A DNA stretch of 64,000 nt. It comes from Candidatus Egerieousia sp. (GTDB taxonomy: Bacteria; Bacteroidota; Bacteroidia; Bacteroidales; UBA932). Each line of letters opens with the position of its first letter. Position 1 is the first letter of the stretch. Shown here piece after piece: positions 18,472 through 27,403 of the stretch. The translations under genes were made by a program, and so were the position numbers. Where the stretch lies: NCBI GenBank assembly GCA_035403105.1, contig DAONEN010000001.1:32184-96183 (forward strand), in the 5' to 3' direction. The notes beneath the pieces were generated by a model. It saw only the letters and a program-made list of their open reading frames with translations, ran no database searches and was not told the DNA's origin.

Positions 18472-21266
18472 TTTAAATCTTTAAGAACAAACCAAAACGT
18501 TGAACCATCACCTTCATTTGATATGACGCCAAGGTCTCCGTTTAAGTGTCTTACAATACTCTTACACAAAGATAGACCTAAGCCGGTTCCCATGGAATAA
18601 CTATCAAATTTTTCAAACTTGTTAAAAATTCTCTCTTGGTCTCTGTCCGATATTCCGCAGCCGGTATCCTTCACGTAGAAATATATCCCATTCTCTTGAG
18701 GCTGATAGCCAAATGTGATTGTTCCGTTCTTAGTAAATTTAACTGCATTTGAAAGCAGGTTAACCATTACTTGTCTAAAATTCCATTCATCTGTAACTAT
18801 TACATTATCTTCTAGGGGAATTTCTGCAAAGATCTCTATGTTTTTGGCCGTCAGCCGCTTTTCATTATGAAGCATGTGAACGGTTGCAGTCTTAAGTTCT
18901 CTGAATAAACCGTTTAACTTGACCTCGTCTTTTGAAAATTTGTAAAGTCCGGAATCGATTTTTGCTATAGAAAGAATATTATTGAACAGTTCAATAAGCA
19001 CATTATTATTTCTCTTAATAATGCTCGTTATATTTTCAACCTCTTTTGGATTTTGTTCTGTAAGTAACATCTTTGAGAAACCAACAATTGAAGTTAACGG
19101 TGTCCTAATTTCATGGCTGATGGAGTTTATAAATCTATCACTATCCTGGTAAGCAATGTGTACCTCTTTAACCTTTCTCTCCTCTATGATTTCTTTAACT
19201 TTATCCGCTGTAATGTTAAAGTTAATATCTACAACTACAGGGCCTGAGGCTTCTGACGTCTCTCTTAAAAATATGCTCTCCCTTATCCATTTATTTCTGC
19301 CGTTTGGCTGATTCTGAAGCTGAATGTCATTTGTAAACGATCCGGCTTTTCCTTTAATCAAATTCTGTCTAAAATCTGTGATAGCGGCTTTATCACCCTC
19401 TTTTAGATTAATATAGGAGGGCTGAATTAGTCCCGATTTATTGACTTTCTCACCAAGATTGCTGAACCAGAATTCAGTAGCATAACCTTCTCCGGAAATT
19501 ATATTATAGCACGCAATGCCAATATCGGTTGTGCTAATTGCATAATTTATTAATGAATCCAGTTTCTCCTTTTGTTCAACTTCTTGGATCTCTGATGTGA
19601 TATCGGAAATGACCATCATGTATTTATAAGGGGTGATTATCTCACCAATGATAGGGCTAACCATAAAGCTGATCCTCTTTGGGGTGCTTATCTCTCTTGT
19701 GACTTCTCTCTTATTCCTTATATTATTTACATCACTATCTGTAAAAATAGATGTTGTATACAGATTTTCGGGAAGATACTTTTCAATAGCACTTCTGATT
19801 TCTTGTTCTTTTGTCTTTATTATGCTAAATAATTTATTGCCCCTTCCGTCATAGACTGCAAAGTTTAGTTCAGACTCATTGAATAATGAGTTGTATTTTT
19901 CATATATTTTTTTGTCCTGATTAATTATGCGCCTGTTATCCACGTTCTTTTTTAAATGCATGAAATACATATAGATAAGTCGTGAGAATATTAACAGTCC
20001 AATTAGCAGAATGATAAATAATCCTGCATGTATTGCAATCCAGCTTCTTACAGTATTAACATATCTCACTCCGTAGAAATATTTGACGCCGCCCCCTAAC
20101 CCAAATCTATTAAGTGCCATTTTATTAATTATGTAATCGCCGTTTTTAAGGACATAAAAATCTGAAGGCGATCTGTATTTTTTGCCTTGGCTAAAGATGT
20201 TGCTTATTATCTCACATCCTTTTGCAGCTAATATACTTTCAGAAGGATTGTATCCTCCAACAATGTAATTATTAAAATATTGGAAAGAGTTTATTGAGAA
20301 GAGAGGGGACTTTAACTTAGTTGTGAATAAAGAATCAATCTCCTCTCTTGTGTAAGAACTTCCGTCTCCATCATAATTCCAAGCGTATGTGATAAATGCG
20401 GTTTTGGCATCCGAGTTAAGAATTACATTTAATATAGAGTCAGCGTTGTTGGAATTTCTAAAAATGGAGGAATACTTGATTCCAGGATACCCTTTTTTCA
20501 CAGTGCTCTTTAAGAGGGCATTGGCACATAGGCTTTCAATGTATGGGTTATCAATAAATATAATGTGCTTGACTTTTGGTGCAAGCTTACTTATAAGTTT
20601 TAGATTCTCATTAACAGGCGTTTGTGATACTACGCCAAATAATCTGTTTCTATATGATACGTTTTGATAATCAACGCCGGAAGATTTTCTAATGCCGGCT
20701 GGGATGCTCTTTGAGATTCCAAGCGCCACCACGGGGATTCCTTTCCACACACCTGCAAAAACTCCTGATATATTACATGCTATAGTAGCATCGTCTCCTA
20801 CTGTAACAATAATATCGGGACGTTTGCTTCCGTAGTTTGTAAGAATTTGTGAAATGACTTTTGTTGCATAACCGTATCCGGATGAGCAGTCAAAATTTAA
20901 AAAATAAGTATTGACCGTGTACTCCGGACTTCTCTTTTTTAATTGTGAGGCAAGACTATCCGCGGTGTTTTTTGCCCATAGTACATCTGGAGAAAAAGAA
21001 CTGATTATTAATATGTTGCGTGGAATAATGGGCTGCCCGTCTAATTCACGTACGCTAGGTATGCTGTCATCGTCTTTTTCAATAATGTAGACATAATCTC
21101 CTTTGTTATGAGTATTGCCTGCATCTTTTTCATTTTCATGTAATGCATATACACTGTCTTGTGTGCCAAACTGCGCAAATACATTTACATTTGTAAACAT
21201 TAAAAGTATGGCAGCCAGAATAGCGCTGGTGTAAAAATGGCTCTTTATTCTAATTAAATTTTTCAT
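18468..21266 (-). CDS. Sensor histidine kinase with a large periplasmic binding-protein-like domain (kinase 2), catalytically intact
   Basis: Signal peptide, ~390-aa periplasmic domain, TM, PAS-like modules (EFWFSNLGEK) and the H-box NSISHEIRTPLTSIVGF (His codon 19113-19115). NAVKFT, DTGCGI and GTGLGLSL are intact. Confidence 0.85.
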   Translation of the reverse strand: MKNLIRIKSHFYTSAILAAILLMFTNVNVFAQFGTQDSVYALHENEKDAGNTHNKGDYVYIIEKDDDSIPSVRELDGQPIIPRNILIISSFSPDVLWAKNTADSLASQLKKRSPEYTVNTYFLNFDCSSGYGYATKVISQILTNYGSKRPDIIVTVGDDATIACNISGVFAGVWKGIPVVALGISKSIPAGIRKSSGVDYQNVSYRNRLFGVVSQTPVNENLKLISKLAPKVKHIIFIDNPYIESLCANALLKSTVKKGYPGIKYSSIFRNSNNADSILNVILNSDAKTAFITYAWNYDGDGSSYTREEIDSLFTTKLKSPLFSINSFQYFNNYIVGGYNPSESILAAKGCEIISNIFSQGKKYRSPSDFYVLKNGDYIINKMALNRFGLGGGVKYFYGVRYVNTVRSWIAIHAGLFIILLIGLLIFSRLIYMYFMHLKKNVDNRRIINQDKKIYEKYNSLFNESELNFAVYDGRGNKLFSIIKTKEQEIRSAIEKYLPENLYTTSIFTDSDVNNIRNKREVTREISTPKRISFMVSPIIGEIITPYKYMMVISDITSEIQEVEQKEKLDSLINYAISTTDIGIACYNIISGEGYATEFWFSNLGEKVNKSGLIQPSYINLKEGDKAAITDFRQNLIKGKAGSFTNDIQLQNQPNGRNKWIRESIFLRETSEASGPVVVDINFNITADKVKEIIEERKVKEVHIAYQDSDRFINSISHEIRTPLTSIVGFSKMLLTEQNPKEVENITSIIKRNNNVLIELFNNILSIAKIDSGLYKFSKDEVKLNGLFRELKTATVHMLHNEKRLTAKNIEIFAEIPLEDNVIVTDEWNFRQVMVNLLSNAVKFTKNGTITFGYQPQENGIYFYVKDTGCGISDRDQERIFNKFEKFDSYSMGTGLGLSLCKSIVRHLNGDLGVISNEGDGSTFWFVLKDLK

Positions 21267-24200
21267 TTCTTCTCCTCCTTGTCCTCTGATAATACAGTTT
21301 TCAGTTCTTTCTTAAGTTCCGATTCATTTACTGGCTTAGAAATATATCCGTTAAATTGACCATCTCTTACCTGAGCTCTGCTTTTATCTGATGTATAGGC
21401 GGTTACTGCAATGATAGGTGTTTTTGTATCTTTCTTTCTTATAGCGGCGGTAGCTTGGAAACCATCCATCTTTGGCATCTTTATATCCATCAGCACCACG
21501 TCGGGTTTTTTCTCTAAAGTCATTTTAATAACTTCATATCCGTCGTGAGCATGAAGAATTATATAATTCTTTCTCAAAATGAAGTTTAGCAACTGAAAGT
21601 TGTTTTGATTGTCTTCCGCAATAAGAATAACTTTCTGTCCTTTGTTCTTAGAAGTTGTTGCATTCTCCAGCACTCCCTTGATGGCAGATGTGGATTCTGC
21701 TGCATAATGCTTTGGAACAATGCACCATACAATGTTGCCTTTGCCCCTTTCCCCTTGTTTGTATCCGATTTCACCGTGAAGAGATCTGACAATAGAGCGG
21801 GCAATCGGAAGGTCTAATCCCTGTCCTACATAGGACTCATCTGCAAGATGGTCAAATCTGTCAAATAATCTTGCTCTCCTCTCTCCGGATATGCTCTCTC
21901 CGTCATCGTTAGCATACATGTAAACATTGTTTTCTCTCACTTCATAACCAAGCTTGACCGTACCGGCCTTTGAGTGTTCCATAAATGATATGGCGTTGTC
22001 GCATAAAAGTTCAATGATGTTTTGAACTCTTGATTTATCTGACAGAAGAATATTATTACCTTGCTTTGCAAACTCAATGTTGATGTTATTATTTTTGGTT
22101 TTTTCAGCAGCCTCCGCGGCAACTTGCTCAAATACAGCCTCAAGATTAAATTCTGCCATTTGTTTTTGTGCGCTGTTAGACTCAATGTCAGAAACTGAAA
22201 TGATTTGCTGAATCATTTTCAAAAATTTATCACTGTTCTCTTCTATGTATTTCTGCAGTTCTTCTTTATTATCTGACGGTGTTGCTTCAACCAGCAGTTC
22301 TGCAAATCCTACAAGCGCATTTAGAGGTGTTTTAAGTTCATTCCCCATATTGCTGATAAGCGAGTTCCTCAGCTTTGTAGAGTCTACATATTTGTCATAT
22401 GTCTTAGAAAGCTCATCCTCTTTTTGCTTCTGTGAATCTATGTCAGAGATTATGGCGTAACACAATACTTGATTCTCTTCTTTATTGAAACTGCTGACAG
22501 ATATTCTCAGATGAAGCCAATGAGTAGAGTCGTCATTGTTTTTAACTCTGACATCTTTTGAAAATGAAGTTTCAGTTCCTTCTCTAGCCTGGTCGGTAAA
22601 TCTTATTATGGCTGCAAGATCCTCTTTTACAAGATTATTAAAGCTAGTGTCCAGTTGCGTGCCATTCTTTATTTTTAGGTTATAGAACCATGAATCGGTC
22701 CCAATATAGGAGAACTCTTTCTTTGCCAAGTCAAATTTTGCAACACCGTATTTTGACGCGTCCATTGCCAAAAGGAAAGAGGTATTTATCCTATCCTTTT
22801 CTGCACGCTGCATATATTCATCTGTATTGTTGACAATTAGAAGAATTATAGCATCTTTGTCTTCTATGGTTTTAGGTATGAATATTGCCCTTTGATATAT
22901 GTTGCTGTTGTTGACCTTAAAAATGTAATGCTTATCTGCAATCTCTTTGTGTCTTATTTTTTGCAGCGTTGCATCAGATACATAAGGAGAATTGAATATA
23001 GAGAACTCCGCGGATTTGTTATAGTCAGGAACCACAAGGGAGAGTTCCTCCTTTGCCTTGGAATTATACTCAACAAATTTGCCAAGATCTGTGAATACTG
23101 CAATACCTATTGGAGAATTTTTAAACAATGCGCTGTAATCTTTTAACAGCTTATTGTACAGTTCAACATCCTCTGTGACTTTTTTATTTCTCTTGCGGAC
23201 TGCAAAATTTATAAGTAGTGCAAATAGCAACAGAAGGGTCAGCAGCGCGGGGAGAATCTTAACGGCATGCTTTGTAAGAAAGCTTGTACGGTCTTCATAC
23301 ATAATGTTGTACTTCTTGCCTGCCAGCTTAATCCCAATCTTGTCCGCAGCAACTTTGTTAACGGACATTTTTTCCGGAGAAATGTATTTCAACTGTATAG
23401 ATGAAGCGGGCGTGCCGGAAAGAATTTGTTTTAATGAGGCTGCCGTTGCCGCTGCAAGTTTTGGAACACTTATAAAAATTCCGCCAACCATTGGGGTGTT
23501 TGCACCTGCAGGTATCTGCTTTAAAATCACGACAGGTACATTGTTGGAATTGTATAAGGAATTGTAACCGGAAGAATTATCTGTACTAAAAGAGTTAATT
23601 AGAATTGCCGCATTCTTTTTTGCGAAATTGGAAATAGTAGAATTAATAATATCAGCATTAACTTTCTTTATATCGGAAACTATAAAATTAATGTTTCTTG
23701 CACTAAGCTGCGCTTCAAACTTGTTTGTGTTAAGGCAATCTTCAAAAGTCTTTTCTGAAAAATAAATTGCAGTTTTTGTGTTGGGAAACAAGACTTTAAG
23801 AGCAATTATGGTAGCTCTAATATTATCTTTTCCAAAGACTCCTGTTACATTATATCCGGCGGTTTCATCTTTAAGAGAGCATATTAAACTGTCGGGAACC
23901 GTATGAGTTGCAAGGAAATATGTGTAATCCGCCATTGTTTCATCAGAGGGAGCGCAGACTACAATTGGAATATTCCTGAGTTGAATACCAGATTTCTTTA
24001 ACACCATCCATGCCTCTGTTCCAACAATAACTACAGCATCAGGGGCTTTATGAATCCTGGAGAACACATCGGAAATTTCTGAAACGCCTTCCGCCAGAGA
24101 TTGTTTATGTACGATATCTGTGTTTGCTAGGCTGACACTTACGCCGGGTATGATTTTTTTTGCATAAAAGGTAATTTTACTGCAAATCAATTGATTCCAT

Positions 24201-24328
24201 GCGTCATCATAACGGTATGAACTAATGATTTGTATATTCTTCTCCTTACCTGTGCTTTGGGCAAATGCCGGTAAAACTGACATTAGCGCAAGTGCGGCAA
24301 CAAAGATAGAACTGAACAACTTTTTCAT
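21263..24328 (-). CDS. Hybrid kinase-like protein with receiver domain; phospho-acceptor His replaced by Asn (kinase 1)
   Basis: Signal peptide, periplasmic binding-protein-like domain paralogous to kinase 2, TM and PAS-like modules. The H-box position reads LISNMGNELKTPLNALVGF (Asn codon 22340-22342). G1 is DDGES and G2 is GQGLDL. The C-terminal REC is intact (EDN..., LMDIKMPKMDG, AVTAY, SKP). Confidence 0.8.
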   Translation of the reverse strand: MKKLFSSIFVAALALMSVLPAFAQSTGKEKNIQIISSYRYDDAWNQLICSKITFYAKKIIPGVSVSLANTDIVHKQSLAEGVSEISDVFSRIHKAPDAVVIVGTEAWMVLKKSGIQLRNIPIVVCAPSDETMADYTYFLATHTVPDSLICSLKDETAGYNVTGVFGKDNIRATIIALKVLFPNTKTAIYFSEKTFEDCLNTNKFEAQLSARNINFIVSDIKKVNADIINSTISNFAKKNAAILINSFSTDNSSGYNSLYNSNNVPVVILKQIPAGANTPMVGGIFISVPKLAAATAASLKQILSGTPASSIQLKYISPEKMSVNKVAADKIGIKLAGKKYNIMYEDRTSFLTKHAVKILPALLTLLLLFALLINFAVRKRNKKVTEDVELYNKLLKDYSALFKNSPIGIAVFTDLGKFVEYNSKAKEELSLVVPDYNKSAEFSIFNSPYVSDATLQKIRHKEIADKHYIFKVNNSNIYQRAIFIPKTIEDKDAIILLIVNNTDEYMQRAEKDRINTSFLLAMDASKYGVAKFDLAKKEFSYIGTDSWFYNLKIKNGTQLDTSFNNLVKEDLAAIIRFTDQAREGTETSFSKDVRVKNNDDSTHWLHLRISVSSFNKEENQVLCYAIISDIDSQKQKEDELSKTYDKYVDSTKLRNSLISNMGNELKTPLNALVGFAELLVEATPSDNKEELQKYIEENSDKFLKMIQQIISVSDIESNSAQKQMAEFNLEAVFEQVAAEAAEKTKNNNINIEFAKQGNNILLSDKSRVQNIIELLCDNAISFMEHSKAGTVKLGYEVRENNVYMYANDDGESISGERRARLFDRFDHLADESYVGQGLDLPIARSIVRSLHGEIGYKQGERGKGNIVWCIVPKHYAAESTSAIKGVLENATTSKNKGQKVILIAEDNQNNFQLLNFILRKNYIILHAHDGYEVIKMTLEKKPDVVLMDIKMPKMDGFQATAAIRKKDTKTPIIAVTAYTSDKSRAQVRDGQFNGYISKPVNESELKKELKTVLSEDKEEKK

Positions 24329-24351
24329 TATGCGTAATTTATTATCCTCTG

Positions 24352-25332
24352 CTATTTATTCTCCAAAGCATTTTTCAGGTAATTGTTAACGTTTACATCT
24401 GATGTCGGACGTATTACTTTTATACCGGTTATGGATTTTCTTGAATTTACATATTCATTGATGGTCATTTTATCTAATTCTACCTTCATATCGGCAAAAG
24501 ACGCATGGATAAAACCAACTCTTCCATTCTCTACGCAGGCAATTGCCACGTGAGCTATATCAAGTCCTGGAGTAGCTGACATATAACAGATTATATCTCC
24601 GCTGCATATTTTGTCCTCACAATCTGCAATCTTCTCTTTTTGGATATAAGTAATTGGTGTTTTGTTAAGATTATTTTCAATTTCCGTTATGTGACTTAGT
24701 TCCTCTGCTGAGGTTAATTGTTTATATCTCTGATAGTTGCGGCTCATAAAAAAAATAGGATGACTATAAATATCTCCTCCAAGACTCATTGTGATATCTT
24801 TAATGTTGCCAAATTTTTCGCTCTGTCTTATCCACTCGGTTGTATAATGCAAGCGGCTGGAATAACTTCCGATAATCCCATTCCTGTAACGGCTTACTCT
24901 TTCATTTTCAGCAAATTGTTGAAATGTGGCCTTTTTGCCGCTCCTGTGTGCGGTAATAGCCAAATTTAAACAAGTTTCCACAAAAATTATACAATCTGTT
25001 TGGTGCAAGTTGATGGTTAACTGCTCATTAGAGTCTGCCTTGTCAAGTGTTCCGGCAACATAGGGTGTGCCAATAAGCATTTTGGCCGCCATTATCATCA
25101 AATCAGGAACGCTTCTGTCTGAATAGGGTTGCAGTGTTATTAAAATTTTATCTGCAAGATATTTGTCAAGACTAGTTGTCACGATAGAATTCTCAACCAA
25201 AACAGGGGTAATGGAATCCAACTGTGAACGTTGTTCTACGCTGCAAAATTGAGCTCTAATGCAATTAATTGGCGCAATTGATAAAGTTAGCACAAACGCT
25301 ATGCTAATTATACACAGAGCCCTTTTTTTCAT
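24352..25332 (-). CDS. Secreted DUF1460 (AmiA-like, N-acetylmuramoyl-L-alanine amidase-like) domain protein
   Basis: Signal peptide. The motifs LIGTPYVAGTLDK, LTINLHQTDCIIFVETCLNLA and GDIICYMS...LDIAHVAIA...FIHAS are typical of DUF1460 as I remember it. Confidence 0.65.
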   Translation of the reverse strand: MKKRALCIISIAFVLTLSIAPINCIRAQFCSVEQRSQLDSITPVLVENSIVTTSLDKYLADKILITLQPYSDRSVPDLMIMAAKMLIGTPYVAGTLDKADSNEQLTINLHQTDCIIFVETCLNLAITAHRSGKKATFQQFAENERVSRYRNGIIGSYSSRLHYTTEWIRQSEKFGNIKDITMSLGGDIYSHPIFFMSRNYQRYKQLTSAEELSHITEIENNLNKTPITYIQKEKIADCEDKICSGDIICYMSATPGLDIAHVAIACVENGRVGFIHASFADMKVELDKMTINEYVNSRKSITGIKVIRPTSDVNVNNYLKNALENK

Positions 25333-25373
25333 AATAGTCTGATTTTAAATAATTTGACTTTTACCTCAATCCA

Positions 25374-25381
25374 CAAATTTA
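25374..25381 (-). promoter_or_regulatory. -7 box TAAATTTG (DUF1460 and four-kinase operon)
   Basis: The reverse complement of CAAATTTA lies about 42 nt upstream of the DUF1460 ATG. It is the only such box I saw between ilvE and the end of the array. Confidence 0.5.
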
Positions 25382-25394
25382 GCAATCTTTTTAT

Positions 25395-25431
25395 ATAAAA
25401 TAAAAAAGAGAGCTGCCTTTTGGCAGCTCTC
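25395..25431 (-). terminator. Rho-independent terminator of ilvE
   Basis: GAGAGCTGCC-TTTT-GGCAGCTCTC is a perfect 10-bp stem, followed on the minus strand by a T-run. Confidence 0.85.
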
Positions 25432-25445
25432 AATGAACAATAACC

Positions 25446-26474
25446 CTAAAAACTATTTTGTTGAAGAATGACGCACCAATTGTGCTCGTCTTTAATTTCG
25501 CCGTTTTGAATTCCTACGATGTGGTTGTAAAGTTTAATGCATGTTTCAATTCCATCATAGGTATAGCGCTTGCACTCGCTGACATCAATATCCGGTTTAT
25601 CGTCAATTGATTTAACAGGGGTGATAACAACGGCAGTACCACATTCACCAACTTCTTTGAACTCTGCAAGTTCCTCAGAAGGAACTCTGCGTCTCTCCAC
25701 CTTCATTCCGAGGTCTTTGGCAGCAACTTCCAGAGATTTATTGGTGATGGACGGAAGGATACTGTTGGAAAGAGGTGTAATATATGTATTGTCCTTAATA
25801 CCAAAGAAATTTGATGAGGAAAACTCGTCTATGTATTTGTGTTCTATAGGATCCAAGTAAAGAACCGCCTTATAACCTTGCTGTTTTGCAACTTGTCCCG
25901 CATGAATAGATGCTGCATAATTGCCTCCAACTTTGTAGCAACCTGTTCCGTGGCCCGCTGCGCGGTCATACTTTCTTGCTATAACACCATTTACGGCAAC
26001 TAAGTTGCCTTGTCCGGAATAAGAACCAACGGGGGCAACTGCAACGAATAACATTTGTTTTTTTGCCGGAGCAATTCCAAGCTGGGATCCTGAACCAAAA
26101 AGAACCGGTCTTATATATAGGGAGGCACCGCTTCCGTAAGGAGGAAGATACCTCTCATTCTCCTTTACCGCCATTATACATAGGTTTGTAAAATCTTCTG
26201 TTGTAGGTGCGTCCATTCCAACATATGCAGCGGAAGACTGCATTCTTTTTGCATTCTCATCCGGGCGGAAAAGTCTGATTTTGCCATCTTTGCCCCTAAA
26301 AGCTTTTAAACCCTCAAAACACTCAATACCATAATGAAGTGAAGGAGCCAAACCACTTAAAGGGATATTAATATCAGAACTGATAACCGGCTTGCCCCAG
26401 ATGCCGTCTTCATACGCACATGAAATATATTTATCAGTAGGGGTGAACGAGAAACTTAATTTACTCCAATCCAT
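25446..26474 (-). CDS. ilvE: Branched-chain amino acid aminotransferase (class IV)
   Basis: Length and motifs (LHYGIECFEGLKAFR; GTGCYKVGGNYAAS; ECGTAVVITPV) fit the eukaryote-like BCAT subgroup. Confidence 0.85.
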   Translation of the reverse strand: MDWSKLSFSFTPTDKYISCAYEDGIWGKPVISSDINIPLSGLAPSLHYGIECFEGLKAFRGKDGKIRLFRPDENAKRMQSSAAYVGMDAPTTEDFTNLCIMAVKENERYLPPYGSGASLYIRPVLFGSGSQLGIAPAKKQMLFVAVAPVGSYSGQGNLVAVNGVIARKYDRAAGHGTGCYKVGGNYAASIHAGQVAKQQGYKAVLYLDPIEHKYIDEFSSSNFFGIKDNTYITPLSNSILPSITNKSLEVAAKDLGMKVERRRVPSEELAEFKEVGECGTAVVITPVKSIDDKPDIDVSECKRYTYDGIETCIKLYNHIVGIQNGEIKDEHNWCVILQQNSF

Positions 26475-26657
26475 ACTATTGTTTTTTAAATGATTAACTA
26501 ATTTATTAAATTAATTTACAAACGTTTTCTTTTATTCTATATGCGAATATAGAACCAAAATTGGCATAAACCAAATAATTTTTAAGAAAATCTTTAAATA
26601 TTTTGAAAAATTGCCAATGGAACATATTGGGCGCTGAAGCAGTAAAGATTAAATTCA

Positions 26658-26665
26658 TATATTTG
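26658..26665 (+). promoter_or_regulatory. -7 box TATATTTG (DUF47 gene)
   Basis: TAnnTTTG match 58 nt upstream of the ATG at 26723. Confidence 0.5.
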
Positions 26666-26722
26666 CAACGTTGTGAACATGAAAAGTGTATTTTTTATTG
26701 CAAAAAGATTTTTACCGTCAAT

Positions 26723-27373
26723 ATGTGGTTAAACAAATTTATTCATATTATAACAGGAAAGGGTAAAAAGTTCTATCCGCTGTTTATCAGTCAGTCTGAT
26801 ATTGTTGAGAGGTCTGCAGAAATCCTTGTAAAAATACTCAAAGAAGAATCTTATGAGAAGAAAAAGGAGTATGCGCGTGCCATTAAAGTGCTTGAGAAGC
26901 AGGGGGATGTTATGGAAACAAAAATTTTTGAGACACTTTACAGAACTTATTCCACTCCATTTGACAGGGAAGATGTTCAAAATTTATGCTCTTCCATAGA
27001 GACCTTATTGGATTATATTCATGATTCTGCAAAGAAAGTTGTTATATATCAGCCCAAATATGTGGATAATACGTGGATAGAGATTGGAGAATCTATCTAT
27101 GAAGATTCTAAAATTCTATCTGAGATAACAAGGGAACTTTCATCATTTAGAAATAAGTCAAATATATTGATGGCTAAGTGTATGAAAATTAAAGATATAG
27201 AGCAAGAGGTAGATGATCAGTATGAATGCTATATGAGCAACTTGTTTGAAGTTGAAAAAAACGGGATAGAACTTACTAAGTATAAGAATATCATTCAGTC
27301 TCTGGAAGATACCACTGATAAGGCAAAAGAGGTTGGTGATTGCATAAAGATGATTCTTGTAAAGGAAGGCTAA
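26723..27373 (+). CDS. DUF47 (PhoU-like, TIGR00153) family protein
   Basis: About 216 aa, helical. The N-terminus KKFYPLFISQSDIVERSAEILVKIL and the central FDREDV motif are typical of DUF47. The start was moved to the ATG downstream of the promoter box. Confidence 0.7.
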   Translation: MWLNKFIHIITGKGKKFYPLFISQSDIVERSAEILVKILKEESYEKKKEYARAIKVLEKQGDVMETKIFETLYRTYSTPFDREDVQNLCSSIETLLDYIHDSAKKVVIYQPKYVDNTWIEIGESIYEDSKILSEITRELSSFRNKSNILMAKCMKIKDIEQEVDDQYECYMSNLFEVEKNGIELTKYKNIIQSLEDTTDKAKEVGDCIKMILVKEG

Positions 27374-27403
27374 TGTAAATACATATCATATTCATAAACT
27401 ATT

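Noticed and set aside
26603-26722. 40-codon N-terminal extension of the DUF47 ORF
   Set aside because: It contains the TATATTTG promoter box (26658-26665), and the extension has no similarity to the DUF47 N-terminus. The ATG at 26723 starts the conserved region.
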